From NCBI GenBank assembly GCA_964016885.1, contig OZ024752.1, positions 38,316,001-38,380,000 of the forward strand: a stretch of 64,000 bases of DNA, given 5' to 3'. The translations under genes and the position numbers were made by a program. The notes below the pieces were generated by a model. It made no database searches and was not told where the DNA came from. It saw only the letters and a list, made by a program, of their open reading frames with translations. This stretch comes from Eledone cirrhosa. Its lineage: Eukaryota. This document shows, piece by piece, positions 1-35,088 of this stretch (position 1 is its first letter; each line of letters opens with the position of its first letter).

Positions 1-27
1 CACATACACAAACATATATACATACAT

Positions 28-95
<68 letters not shown>

Positions 96-201
96 GTTTA
101 TACTTTTGGCACAAGGCCAGCAATTCACCAGTGTATTACTGGTACTTTATTTTATCGACCCCCGTAAGGATGAAAGGCAAAGTTAACCTCGGCGGGATTT
201 G

Positions 202-299
<98 letters not shown>

Positions 300-477
300 T
301 TTATATATACATGCATAAACATATATTTTATGCATATTTATATATTGTTATACTTTCAACACACGATTTCAGATAAAGAATCTTGCTAAACAAATTCAGA
401 AACGAAATATATATATATACATATACATATATATATATTTATATATACATATACATATATATATATATTATGCATAT

Positions 478-518
<41 letters not shown>

Positions 519-596
519 ATAATAATAATAAATTTGAAGACTAAAATCCAAAGAGGGCTCGACCCGTTAAGGGTGAAAGCAGCGATTCTTTGCTTA

Positions 597-634
<38 letters not shown>

Positions 635-754
635 TTTTAGTGCAATGAAATATCTATGATCGTCGGCAAATCACTGATGAGGGACTTATATTATTTTATT
701 ACATGTTATCCATGTGCAACCAGCAGTATTCTTCTCCCCATTTTTTCACGTATA

Positions 755-796
<42 letters not shown>

Positions 797-2634
797 AAAT
801 GGCGTCTCGTTTAAGTTGAACGCCGTTAAGTTGGTGCGAGTGAGTGGCGTGAAGAAGGGAAGATGTGTGGCGTGTTTCCTTTAGAAGCAGGCTCATTTCC
901 CGCTTCAAATTGATTCTTGAACACGTGCACTTGACTAGCTGTTTGACACTGTAAGTAGTCAATTGAACACTTAGTAAAGGATGGGCTAAATAATGAGCCA
1001 AACGAAAGCATGTTTTTTTTTTTTTAGGGAGGTAGGGTTAGGGTTTTACTGCTGAATTTGTCGAGCAACCTGCTCTGTATTTTTAGCAGCCGTTTAGTTT
1101 TCAAGTGGTAGCTATTTGTTACGTTTTTAAATAACCGAAAACAAACAAAATTAAAAACAGTCAAAAAAAAAATAACAAAAAAAAACAAAACAAAAAAAAC
1201 AATAAACATGTAATTGTAATTGTTTCTACTTTTGGCACAAGGCCAGCAAATATCTCCCCAGTACATTACTGGACCTTTATTCTATCGACCCCGTAAGGAT
1301 GAAAGGCAAAGTTAACCTCGGCGGGATTTGAACTTATACCGTAAAGGGGCGTAACTCTATGCCGCAAAGCATGGCGTCCGACTCTCTCCCGGTACTGCCA
1401 ATCCACCAATAATGATTTCTACTATAGGCACAAGGCCAGTAATTTTGGGGGGAGGGGATAGTCGATTAAATCGACCCTAGTACGTTACTGGTACTTTATT
1501 TTACTGACCCTGTAAGGATGAAAGGCAAAGTTAACCACGGCGGAATTTGAACTCAGAACGTAAAGGACAGTAACTCTATGCTGCAAAGCAAGGTGTCCGA
1601 CTCTCTATTGATAATACCAATCCACCGCCAATCCACCGAATAAACATATAATGATATGTTTCTTTTATTTGCCACCAGGGCATCAAAAGTGGGACAAGTA
1701 CAAAGGGGGGAGTTTACAAAACAAGGCGTCCTCAATAAGGAGGAGGCAATAACAATATATAAAAATAAAATAAAATATAACAAAAAATAAAATTATAACA
1801 AAATCCTCAATAGAGAGGAGGCGCCTTGGGGGGGGGGGGGGGGGTCGCACACACCCCCGAAAAAAGTGTGCAACCCTTCTCCTCAGGAGCACAGAGAGGG
1901 GGTGCTCCCTCGTTCCTTCCTCTTTTCCACCTACAGGCTTATGTAAAGAGAAGGCCCATTCACACGGGCCATTCTCGCCACTTTCACCCACCTTTCATAA
2001 AAACGACTGGGGTGGAGCACCTCTATAATGATAAACAGAAAAAAAGTTTCAGGTTGAAATGTCTTATTAATGTTGTTGTTGTTATTGTTGTTGTTGTTGT
2101 TGTTGTTGCTGTTGTTGTTGTGGCTGTTGTTGCTGTTGTTGTTATTGTTGTTGTTGTTGTTTGGATAAATGAAAGGAACTAACCAATGGCAAACAAATAT
2201 GCAAAAAAAAAAAAATCATTATTTTCTTAATTATTGAAATGTTGATGTTGATGTTTGTTGTTGCTGTTGTTGTTGTTCTCCTACTATTACTACTCTTTCT
2301 CCTCCTCCTCCTCCTCCCCCTCCTCCAAGCATAGCAAGTGCCATGTGTGCCACTGGGATTAGGAGGAGGAGGAGCACTTTCTATTAAATTCAAATAAGCT
2401 ATCGTCGGAGAGTCAAAAAAAAGAAACTTCTTCAGCTGCATGATCTGTCTGTGATTATCATGGCTGAGAAGCACTATGGCGGCTGGATCGTTAAACTATT
2501 TATATAAATTATTAGGCCCATAGGGAAAAATACAATGCTGGGAACTACATAACTACATAGGCATGTGTATCTGAAAGATAGGAGCAATTTTACTGCTTGC
2601 CATAGGCTCTATTTTCCCTAGTTTGGCCTATGAT

Positions 2635-2880
2635 GTAATGGCCTATATTCTAATCTTGTTGATATATATATATATGTAATGGCCTATATTCTAATCTTGT
2701 TGATATATATATATATGTAATGGCCTATATTCTAATCTTGTTGATATATATATATATGTAATGGCCTATATTCTAATCTTGTTGATATATATATATATGT
2801 AATGGCCTATATTCTAATCTTGTTGATATATATATATATGTAATGGCCTATATTCTAATCTTGTTGATATATATATATAT
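2635..2880. repeat. Minisatellite, about 41-bp unit x6
   Basis: TGTAATGGCCTATATTCTAATCTTGTTGA(TA)n repeated. Confidence 0.95.
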
Positions 2881-2939
2881 AAAATAATGTTAAGGGTGAA
2901 AGCAGCGATTCTTTGCTTAAACTTGAATCTGTTATTTTA

Positions 2940-2979
<40 letters not shown>

Positions 2980-3041
2980 GAAGAACACTGGAAGGTAATA
3001 TCCGTAGTGGTAGAGCACTCAGTCCATGGGACGAGTTAGGT

Positions 3042-3191
3042 AGAAGTGGTTACACAACAGTTAGTTCACCATACCGAGAACAATTGTTTCACCTTAGCGG
3101 ATCCTCAGCTCGTAATCTTACGAACTGAGGATCCGCTAAGGTGAAACAATTGTTCTCGGTATGGTGAACTAACTGTTGTGTAACCACTTCT
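3042..3191. repeat. Near-perfect 150-bp palindrome (74-bp arms, one mismatch)
   Basis: 3042-3115 is the reverse complement of 3118-3191 except C3109/A3124. Confidence 0.97.
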
Positions 3192-3218
3192 TTATATATA
3201 TATATATCTATATTTCAG

Positions 3219-23238
<20,020 letters not shown>

Positions 23239-23329
23239 CCTCAAGCAGGTTACTAAAAATATACATTTGTATCACCAACATCATCATCATCATCATCATC
23301 ATTTTAAGGTCCACTTTCCCTCATTAGTA

Positions 23330-24155
23330 AATATATCTAACACAGACGAGCTGTACAAGTTGTACAAAGTATATCTAACACAGACAAGAATATCTAACAC
23401 AGACAGGCTGTACAAGTTGTACGATGTCTATCTAAAGAGAGACAAGCTGTACAAGTTGTACAAAGTATATCTAACACAGACAAGCTGTACAAAGTCTATC
23501 TAAAGACAGACGTTGTACAAAGTCTATCTAACACAGACAAGCTGTACAAAGTCTATCTAAAGACAGACGTTGTACAAAGTCTATCTAACACAGACAAGCT
23601 GTACAAAATCTATCTAAAGACAGACGTTGTACAAAGTCTATCTAACACAGACAAGCTGTACAAAATCTATCTAAAGACAGACGTTGTACAAAGTCTATCT
23701 AACACAGACAAGCTGTACAAAATCTATCTAAAGACAGACGTTGTACAAAGTCTATCTAACACAGACAAGCTGTACAAAATCTATCTAAAGACAGACGTTG
23801 TACAAAGTCTATCTAACACAGACAAGCTGTACAAAATCTATCTAAAGACAGACGTTGTACAAAGTCTATCTAACACAGACAAGCTGTACAAAATCTATCT
23901 AAAGACAGACGTTGTACAAAGTCTATCTAACACAGACAAGCTGTACAAAATCTATCTAAAGACAGACGTTGTACAAAGTCTATCTAACACAGACAAGCTG
24001 TACAAAGTCTATCTAAAGACAGACGTTGTACAAAGTTTATCTAAAGACACATACAAAGTCTATCTAAAGATAAACAAGTTGTACAAAGTCTATCTAAAGA
24101 GAGACAAGCTATACAAGTTGTACAAAGTATATCTAAAGACAGACATGTTGTACAA
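23330..24155. repeat. Dimeric minisatellite (about 57-bp unit of two related subunits) just 3' of the + gene stop
   Basis: TCTATCTAACACAGACAAGCTGTACAAAA / TCTATCTAAAGACAGACGTTGTACAAAG alternating. Confidence 0.95.
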
Positions 24156-24618
24156 ATGGTTTCATATAAACAAAGCATTTTTTTAAACTAACATTTAAAA
24201 AAAAAAATATGGAATTTTTTTAATTTTTTTTTAAATCTATTAAGTAGATGGAGGAGAAGTATTTTATCAACTACAATACATCCAGACACAAATGAGATGT
24301 GAAGGAAACAAAACAAAAAAATATATAAATAAAAATAAAAGACTATTGTTGAAAGGAACTATTTTTAAATATATTTTTATTTCTAATCGTTTTTGCTTTT
24401 GTAAAAGCAAAAGAAGAACAAGAAAGAAATAGATGAAAAATAAAAAAAAAAGAAGAGCAATATATATATACATACACACACATATATATATATGAACTTT
24501 TATGACTTATGAAACGTTGGGGTGAGATTGAAATTTGAAAATGTGAGCATCCTAATGCAGAAAATAACTGTAACAACAGTTACACATAATAAATAATTGT
24601 TGAGAAAATCAGATAAAA

Positions 24619-24650
<32 letters not shown>

Positions 24651-24992
24651 TATTCTTTTTTTTTAAGTGAATGGTGACAAATTATTCCAATGGAAAAATT
24701 ATAACAAAATTTGGTTCAAAGACTTAGGAAAATATTTCTTTGCCTATTGCTTGTTACGTCAGAGTAACTTGCTTGGGTATTTGTCTTGTTTCTACAAGAT
24801 GATTTCTAAGGAATAATTAAAACATTAAACTTGGTTAATTTATGGACAATGGAACCCTTACCTTACTCAACATATTTAGAATGTGATAAAATTGGCTAAA
24901 AACAATTGTTAAAGGTGAGAGAATTATATGATATATATCATTTTCCTCACTTCTTTTTCTCCTTACACACATTCCATTGTTGTTCTATCAGG

Positions 24993-25033
<41 letters not shown>

Positions 25034-25058
25034 ATGTATATATATATATATGTGTATG

Positions 25059-25115
<57 letters not shown>

Positions 25116-25199
25116 TAAGATAAGCAGAACAAGTAAAATTCAACCAATTTTTCAAAATAAATTAAAAAATATAATTTAAATATTTACCTATCAAGTTTG

Positions 25200-25279
25200 C
25201 CCTTACTGATCAGTTTCGCTTTGTAAAACATTAGAAATCCATTGGATTTCCAATGGAAAATCAAAGTTCATCAGAGAAG
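25200..25279 (-). ncRNA. Hammerhead ribozyme motif with extended stem II
   Basis: UUCU CUGAUGA aCUUUG...(CCAUUGG/CCAAUGG hairpin)...CAAAGc GAA ACUGAUCAGU A/AGGG. Confidence 0.65.
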
Positions 25280-26133
25280 CATTTTCCTTTCCTAGGACTA
25301 AAGTCTCAGGAACGATAAAATATATCGCCATCCGCCAGCTAGCACAAATTTAAATGAGGTCGAAAAGTGACCCTTACGTGAACCAGTCCGAAATAAGAGC
25401 GGGAAAAAACATAGACGTGCTGTCTATCTTACTACTAAAAATAGCAGCTAAATAGAACAACAGATTTGTTCTCTACATAACGGAGAATATTAAAAGAAGT
25501 TAATATGCCCATGGGTACTAAGTTCCCCTGGAAATACATAGGTTGTCTATGATTCAGGGTTGTTCAATGGTATTAATTTGACACACCAGAACTATAATAT
25601 TAAGATAAGCAGAAAAAGTAAAATTCAACCAATATATATATATATGTATTTACATTTATTTTTATTTATAATGGATTATTTTTTAATAGATAATAAGGCA
25701 AGACTGCAGTTAACAAATTCATTTATGAGCATCCACATACCCAGTGTATTATAATCCAACCTTCCTGCATTTAAATATTCACTTTAAGAAAAGATAAAAT
25801 ATATTTATTTGTTACAACAATGAATTAACAGAGTTGTTACAGCATTAACTCTTTCATGGCTGCATTTCTAATGAAATACACTCTATTTTAATTAATAAAG
25901 AATTTTGAAAGATTTACTAAAATTATCAATTATTTCATTTTCTTTACGATAGTAACTTAATATAAGGTCCTTATATAAAATCATGTTGGAAGGTTTAATA
26001 ATTGAAATTGGAAACCTTCAAAATTGGGTGACTTAATATTGTTATAAAAAACAATAATTATAATTTTTTAGAGAAGGGCCTCAGCAGGTGAAAATTTGGC
26101 CTGACTATACCTGCTCCTTGAGTACCTTTAGTA

Positions 26134-26425
26134 CAGGGATGTGCAATATATTCCATTGGCAGGCCACTTTTGAATATTGGAACAACTATTAGGGCCATTA
26201 ATGTTTATTAAGCACTATTCCAAAGATTTATCACAAATTCTTTCCATAACATGGAACTAGGAAATTATAATATATCAGTGAAGCCCTTTAGTATAGGTCG
26301 ACTAACAGAAAATTGTATTATGATTACGAAAAAAATTCTAAATAAGCCTACAAGGTAAAAATTAAAAAACGGTCATCGCGGACCACTCTGACCGGTCTGG
26401 CAGGCTTGATTGTTGGACGCCCCTG
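26134..26425. mobile_element. hAT-type non-autonomous element
   Basis: CAGGG...CCCTG ends; 8-bp TSD CTTTAGTA/CTTTAATA. Confidence 0.7.
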
Positions 26426-28080
26426 CTTTAATATATTTCACTCTGTTGCAAGCTTCAAGCCAGAACTCCAGTATCAGGATAACTTTCTCTCTCCCTCCCA
26501 CCGGTCACCTGAAGCCCTGATAAAAAAAAAAATTTTCCTTTATGATGAAACAAAAAAAAACAAACAAATAAAATCGCATGTACAAGGTTAATTCTTGTAG
26601 ACGATGGAATTGAACCAATATATTACAGGTACAGTTTCTTTTTCACTCAGAAAGAATACAAAGTGAGATCTAAATGTAGAATATTTAAAAGAAAAGTTTA
26701 AATGTTACTATTTTTACCAACACTTCACTCACAACAAAATATATTGCTTTAATCCATTAAAACATTGTTTGTTCCTTTCTTTCTTGTTGGTTTGTATCAT
26801 TTTCGAAAATAAGTTTGGGGGGAGGGGAACTAGAGGAGGTACCGGGGTGAGAGAGAATGGTGTGATGGAGATGGTGAGAATATAAGAAGTTTCCACTCAA
26901 ATGACAAGTCAACCCAACACTGGGAGATGTATGTTTAAGGTGCTAGGCCGTGCGATTAAACCTGGAATAACTATCACCTGATATATCAGTAAGATAAGCT
27001 GCCAACAATAACAAGAATTTTGTTGTCAGCGGCCCAGTTCATTCAAATGACGTGAACACAGCTAAAAAGATTGTTCACCGATAATTCCTGATATTTTAGA
27101 ATTGTATTCTGTTCGGCAATGAGTACTGTAATCCTCATTTTTGCCACAGCATCCAGGTGTGGGAAGGAGCAAAAGAATTGCTAACTGTCCCAAATGAGAC
27201 ATCTACCTCTTACCCGGGGACAAAGATAAGACCATCTAGCTTCTTTCCATCAACCCTGGGCATGGATAATCCATCTGCCTCCAGAGTTGAGGGATATTGA
27301 CAAAAGTGTAATAAGAGAAATAACTCATGTTATCCTGTTTGACAGATTAATCTCTGTAGGCCATTGATTGTAGGAATAATTGTTTCTACTTTAGGCACAA
27401 GGCCAGCAATTACACCAGTGTATTACTGGTACTTTATTTTATCGACCCCGTAAGGATGAAAGGCAAAAATCAACCTCGGCGGGATTTGAACTCAGATCGT
27501 AAAGGGATGTAACTATGCTGGAAAGCATGGCGTCCGACCCTCTACCGATACTGCTAATCCACCGCGGAATAATACGAGTAAAACAAGTGTTCAACAAGTT
27601 GTAGTTATGGGAAGGGAGTGCTGGGTTAAATAAAATTTCTAGAATTTAATGTAAACAGGCAATAGGGAAGTTTCTAAGGTTACATACTACAGAAAACATG
27701 AACTTACTAATGGTTTTGCATTTGTTTAGCAATTAATCTTCATGTGTAATTCATAGAAGTGTCTGTTTATGATGATTGTAGTCATAAAGAAGCCTGCGTG
27801 TGGTGGAATATCTGGATAATCTAGAAATCAACAAATCGTATTAGAGTTATCTCCCTTGTTTGATATTTTTTTTTGTTTTCTTTTCTTTCTTTTTAAACCA
27901 GTCTATTACTTCCTTTGTTTATTACAGCCGATTAGTGTTTTATTTTCTCATTAGTTTTATTCTTTAACACTAAACCTTAAATAATTATTTATATATATAT
28001 ATAAAACACCATACTGCTAGGTTAGTTCGGATCTAGCTGTCGAAACGGCCGCAACTCAGCCGTCAGGTTCCTGACTCTTT

Positions 28081-28120
<40 letters not shown>

Positions 28121-30517
28121 TATTATCATTAACATTAATATAAAATAATAATAATCATGTACAATTATCTAAAAAATTATCAACATTTTTTTAAGAGAAG
28201 TGCCTCAAATTTTATATGGCTTAGGGCCTGAGCAGGTGAAAGTCCAGCCCTGCCATTAAAAGAATTGTACTTGTGATTTGTGGGTCCCGGCTCAACATAT
28301 TGTAGGTCAAGATGGTTCCTATTTGAAGATTCTGTTAAGAGTAGAATTGTACTTAATTATAGGAATCTACGTTTGTTTTCGGTTAATTAATCGGTTTAGA
28401 TAATCAACCGCCGCAATTGTTTTGAAACAAGAAGATAATGACCGAGAAAGAAATTCGGAAAACACATTAAATTCAACATGTAAGAACCTTATTATTTCTG
28501 AGGACACACTGTCTAAGTCTACCAGTGTAATGAAGAAAGGTACATTTATTCACAGTTGTATAAAAAGAAATACAATAATATAAGAACGTAAGCACGAACA
28601 AATATAATATAAAGGAAACGGAAAGGAAAAACTGTAATATAACTATGTTCCTAGAACTCGAACGTGCTGATTTACACAACTGGAAATTACATAGAACAGC
28701 CAGGGGTCCGATCTAACTCCCTGTAAATTAAAGGGTGCCAAAGTAGAAAAGAGACCCTGCTACTCATCTGAAAGAATGTATGATTAATCTTTTAAAAGTA
28801 ATAAATTAAAAAGATTTGGACTACGTTTATTTAAAAGTATTCGGAAATGTTCTTCTTGTCTTAACTTACTTGAATAAAAATAAAATTTAATGATCAAATT
28901 TTAGAACTCGTAAATTTCTCCATTTTCAAAACATAAATGATTTCTTGTAGGCTCGTATATTTTGTCATCATGTGCTCTCTAATGCGGAGGTGTTTAAGCC
29001 CAATAGTAAGTGTGTTGGACTTACGATCGTAATGTAGTTGGTTCGATTCCTGGACTGGGTTATGTGTTGTGTTCTTGAGCAAAACATTTTATTTCATGTT
29101 GCTCCAATAGACAGCAAAAAACGAGTATCAGCAGTAACTGGGGGGGGGGGGGGGAGATAACACTGTGATGACTGGCGTCCTCTCCAGGAGAGAGTCCTGT
29201 ACTCTCAGTCACAAAAACGAGATAAGAGACGGACTTTTTTAGACTGCTCTCAAATAGTAATTAATTATGAAATATATTAAAAACAAATAACGAAACGAAA
29301 TTAAATTTCGTTTCGTTTGTAACTCACTTTTGTATGACTGACGCTTAAACAATTAAGTTAAAAAAATGTACATCCACATATGTATACTGAAATACTAGTA
29401 TGCATATGATTACACACACGTATACATATGTAGATGTACCGAGTTTTTCACTGGTCACTTTACTGTGAGTGTCCAGCTATTCTGTATGTAAACACACAGA
29501 CAAACCGGTTTTTAGAGTCATATTATGTTACTGAAGGCACGTGGCTCAGTGATTAGAGAATTGGATTTACAATTGTGAGGTTGCGAGTTCAATTCCAGGA
29601 CTAGACAGTGCATTGTCTTCAAGCAAAACACTTTATTTCATGTTCTTCCAGCCAGATGTTGCAACCAGTAGATAGTGTCAGTCATCATTTCATTTTACGT
29701 CCGCTTTTTTCCCTGCTTGCAAGGGTGGGACGGGAACTGATTCTGGCATGATTTCTACAGCTGGATGCCCTTCCTAACACCAACCTCATTTACAGTGAGT
29801 GCTGGGGGCTTTTTTGCCGTGGCACCTCCACGACCACTTTGCAGTGGAATGATAGGGACCCCAGTCCCTATCATCTCATTTCTACAGCTGAGTAAACTGG
29901 AGCAATGTGAAATAAAGTGTCTTGCTCAAGGAAACAACACATCACCCGGTCTGAGAATTGAACTCACAACCTTTCGATTGCAAGGCCAATGCTCTAACCA
30001 CTAAGCCATGTGCCTCATGGAAAGACTAATGGAAATTTGTTTCCTTGGTCTGATTTGACAAGTTCCACTTCACTCGAGAAGTGAATTAATTATATGTATT
30101 TTAATTCTTAACGTCCTGTACCACATGAAACCACATTAGTAAGACACTCTTGAAAAGTACAAAACAGTATTATGACTGCATTACATTAAAAAATCCAAGT
30201 ATTTACTTTAGTTTAATGCAAATTATCACAAAGAACTGTCTACTAATAACAATACTATAAACATTTGAACAAACTTATTTTAAAATAGTTTCTAAAAAAT
30301 CATAACAGGATGTTTAGAGTAAATCAAATCAACCAATAAGACATGGTTGATTGGTCAGTGATCAGCCAATATGTTTACCAGTGCTTCCCTAATCCTAACT
30401 ATAGTTGTGATGTTAAAATAATTTTTTTTCTTCATGTATTTGCTTATATTTCATGATACTAAATTGTTTATTTAATTTCAGGAAATGTAAATATAATGAA
30501 CTTTTTTGCAATATCCT

Positions 30518-30708
30518 TTAACCCTTTAGCATTTAAACCGGCCAGAATTCTCTCACTTCTTTCTGTTCAAACCGGACATAACTGTCCGCTCATACTGACA
30601 TTAAGGTGTTGTTCTCAAAATCTCGTAGATTCAATATTAGGTGAGATAAAGACTTTACTACAAAAATACAATAGTATATATAGAGTAATGTAAATGCTAA
30701 AGGATTAA
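30518..30708. mobile_element. piggyBac-type MITE, second copy
   Basis: TTAACCCTTTAGCATTTA...TAAATGCTAAAGGATTAA. Confidence 0.75.
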
Positions 30709-33700
30709 AACATTTAGTTTTGAATCTTCACTGAAAATTTCATGTTTTTATCCTTATTTATAAACGAAGGATTTAATCAGTTTTAAACCCTGGTACTGTT
30801 TACATGTGTCATCGTATGGGTTTCAGTTAGGCAAGTAGTCAGAAACACAAGGTGCTACTGGCCGACCAAGGATAGGATATATTGTTTATACTCAAATATA
30901 AGCTGAGGTATACGTGACCCACCACAAATAAAAAAAAAATCGATGGTAAAATAGGGGAGGGTCGGCTTATATACACCATCTAAACATGTGTTGATTAGCT
31001 GCCTTGGCTTATAAATAAGGTTTCAATATTTGCCCATTTCTCAGACATAAAATAGTGGAGTTGGCTTATATTTGAGTATATATCACCATCATTTTACGTC
31101 CGCTTTTCCCTGCTTGTAAGGGTGGGACGGGAACTGATTATGGGCTTGATTTCCACAGCTGGATGCCCTTCCTAACACCAACCTCATTTACAGTGAGTGC
31201 TGGGTGCTTTTTTGACATGGTGCCTACACATCCACTTTACAGTGTGGGCTGGGTGCTTTTTTGCTGTGGCACCTCCACGACCACTTTGCAGTGGAATGAT
31301 AGGGACTGGGGTCCCTATCATCTCATTTCTACAGCTGAGTAAACTGGAGCAATGTGAAATAAAGTGTCTTGCTCAAGGAAACAACACATCACCCGGTCTG
31401 AGAATTAAACTCACAACCTTTCGATTGCAAGCCTAATGCTCTAACCACTAAGCCATGCGCCTATATATGGCAATTAAAATCAAGGGAGAGGGGAACATTT
31501 CAAAAGAAACATCTAAAATATAATTTTTTTTTAAATGAATTTAATTAAAATATTAAATGAAGCACAAAGAAGTTATGGAAGCAGTACTAAAAACACACCG
31601 CTACTGGACAACTGAGGATAGGATAGGATATAATTAAAAATGAAAAACAAATATATTTTTATAAATTTAATTAAAATATAATAAAATGAAACAAAAAGAG
31701 ATATTGTTTTAAATGATTTATCTCAAGAAAAAAAAAAAAAAATCAATAGGTCATCATCAAAGTTCAATGACCTATAAAAAAAAATAGTAGTAGGATGACC
31801 AGATTTCATTGTTTAAATGAAAATTACAAATAAGTTCCCACTTTTGTGACAAAATATTAAAAGACTGAGTATGGAATCATTATTGTTAAACTTTTGTGTG
31901 TAGTTGTTTAAGAGAAAATCAAGTTAACCCGAAGAAGTCAACTTTGGTTGGGAATGGAATATACAATGCTTTACCAAATTAAGTTGTGTATTTTTTTTTT
32001 GTTTTGTTTTGTTGTATTTTTTTTTTGCTGTTGTCGATTTTTATTTTTATTTTTTCTGGTTTGATGTAATTATTGATAGTGAGTAGGCAGGTAAAAAATA
32101 TACAATGCAGTAAGGAGTTAGTGATGAATAATTTCTCAAAACATGCTCCCAGATACTAAAGCGGCAAAAGACAAGCCAGGAAAATAAAAGAGAGAAACAA
32201 AATTGTGAGCTGATCTGTTAAATGTTAAACCTCGTGTTTTATCTTCAAGTTTCATAAGATGGAACAGTATACATTTTATTGGGAATAACTGAGCTTCAAC
32301 TTAAACCTTTTGATACTATGATACAAAACTGTTCATTTTTAAAAGTGTTTATATTTGTATATTATCTAAAGACTTCCCTTCATAATTTTTTTATGTAAGA
32401 ACCTTTGTTAAGTTATGTTTCAAACGCCAGCTTAATAATGAGAAAGTTATATGACTAAATCCCTCCAAATTATTTCAATATTTTCAAAATTATTTGAGAA
32501 AAACATAGGCAGTATCTCTCATTAGAAATATGGTAATGAAAGGGTTAATTTACGATAATTTCAAAATTGGACAAAAGATGGGATGGAGATGATAGACATA
32601 TATAGGGTCATCTGAAGACAACCAGTCAAAATAAGAAACAAAATACCATAAAACAGTCACACACTACCATCTCCTATGGGGGTTCATAATACACACACAC
32701 ACACACACACATATATATGTGTGTGTGTATATATATGAATAAGTAGATATTCATACATAGCTAAGTCACTTGAATCTTTGACAAAAAAGAAGATTGTATA
32801 TGTTTAAGTCAAAAGCCCAACACCCAGCTTAACTACTTTCCAAACACATTGCACATCATGTGTGTATGTATGTGTATATATATATATATATAGTAGTCTG
32901 CCAACCAGCAGGATCTGTGAAGCATCTGTGCCAGAAAATGTGGGATCTTGCTGGCCTAAAAAGTCACATACAGGTGTTTGAAAATTTCAAGTGATGGCTA
33001 TACTCAAGCAAGAGGAAGCTGCCATCATACACACACACACACACACACACATATATAGTGATAGTAGAATAAAAGATTAAAGATTCAAAACATGCTTTTG
33101 AAAAAGATATTAGTAGCCCTAGTTTCATATACTGTCAGGTCTTGAATATATTTATTCCAATTTAGTTCAACTGATTAAAGGTGATTGATCACTTACCAAC
33201 AATGACACATCCCAAACGATATTAATTAAACATGTAATAATTCTTCATGAACACTAAAACTGTACAAATTTTCCTTCCAATTTAAACCTTTGGATAACAA
33301 ACAACCAGAAGCCATTTATAGTTCTATTATAGAAAACTGTTTATATTGAAGTGTATATATATATATATATATATATATCATTTCATTTTACGTCCACTTT
33401 TTCCCTGCTTGCAAGGGTGGGACGGGAACTGATTCTGGCTTGATTTCTACAGCTGGATGCCCTTCCTAACACCAACCTCATTTACAGTGAGTGCTGGGTG
33501 CTTTTTTGCCGTGGCACCTCCACGACCACTTTGCAGTGGAATGATAGGGACCTCAGTCCCTATCATCTCATTTCTACAGCTGAGTAAACTGGAGCAATGT
33601 GAAATAAAGTGTCTTGCTCAAGGAAACAACACATCACCCGGTCTTAGAATTGAACTCACAACCTTTCGATTGCAAGGCCAATGCTCTAACCACTAAGCCA

Positions 33701-35088
33701 TGTGCCTCCATATATATATATATATATATATAAACACTTCAAAACAGTTTATGAGATATATATATATAAAACCTTACATCATAACCTAATGTAAGAACAT
33801 TTATGATGAGAAAGTTACCTAAATTAATATACTAAATCCCACAAAATTCTTGATTATTTTCAAAATGATTTGAAAATCACATACAGAGCTTTTCATTGGA
33901 AATATAATGACAGAGTTAATAAAGGCACACACTAAAAGATGAACAAAAAAATGAATTCCTTTTTAAAAAGAAACACAATCCTCTAGTTAGTATTGATGAT
34001 AAAAACTAACTTTCTAAAATCAACAAGTGGCACTGATTAAAATTTTAGTTAGGAAGATATTCTAAGAAAGTTGTATATCTCATTCAACATACAATACAGT
34101 CTAGCAAACACAAAACCATTCATCTGTCGAGATAAGAAGATGTTTAAGACTCATCTAGGACACAATTTCATTCACAGTACATAACTGAGTATAATCATCT
34201 CTTTTGAATATATTATGTTAAAAGATACACTACATACCTAAAATGTTAAACCTCATATTTTTAAGGGATTCACTTGTCCTTACACACAGATATGTATTTA
34301 GGGACTTAAAAACAGTAATACTAACAAAACAAGGTTTACCTAAAATATTCAACATTTTATAAATTTTGGGTGGCATGAAAGATCAAGTCCATTGGCAACT
34401 GGCATGATTTGAACTTAAACAGAGATCCTTTAATTTTTTTTATATAAAACATTCAATACATGATTTCTCACAGATGTGCCGTTATAATCACAATTAATAA
34501 TAATTCTTTCAAACACTGACCCCAGTATGTTACTGGTAGTTTATTTTTCTGACTTTGGAAGAATGACAGGCAAAGTTGACCTCAGTGAGATTTGAACTCA
34601 GAACATAACAAGGGATGTAACCAAATACCACAAAGCATTTTGTCTGATGTCCCACTGATACTGCCAATCCACTATCTTCCACCTAATAATTGTTTCTACG
34701 TTAGGCACAAGGCCAGCAATTACCCAGTGCATTACTGGTACTTTATTTTATCGACCCCCGTAAGGATGAAAGGCAAAGTTAACCTTGGCGGGATTTGAAC
34801 TCAGAATGGCAAGGACCGTAACTCTATACGTCAAAGCATGGCGTCCGACCCTCTACCGATACTGCCAATCCACCGACCTAATAATAATAATGTTTTCTAA
34901 CATCCACCTCATAATAATAATGTTTTCTAACATCGGCACAGGGCCACAAAGGTTTGGATGTTGAACACAGCTGATTAAATCAACTCCAATATTTGACTGC
35001 TCATTTTATCAACTCCTAAGTTTACCTTGGCAGGGTTTGAACTCACAATATGAAGGGATATAATGAAATATTGCAAGGTCCATGGCAC

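Noticed and set aside
796-956. First exon/promoter of the + gene (AAAATGGCG, GTAAGT at 951)
   Set aside because: ATG is followed by an early stop and no signal peptide in the required phase; unsupported without transcripts
26900-27360. Unique, moderately GC-rich segment as a hidden coding exon
   Set aside because: No ORF in the track and no sustained frame in the frames I checked; could be UTR or non-coding but unsupported
29765-30004. 79-aa ORF family MPFLTPTSFTVSAG... (about 7 copies)
   Set aside because: Antisense reading of the non-coding SINE-B, not a gene family
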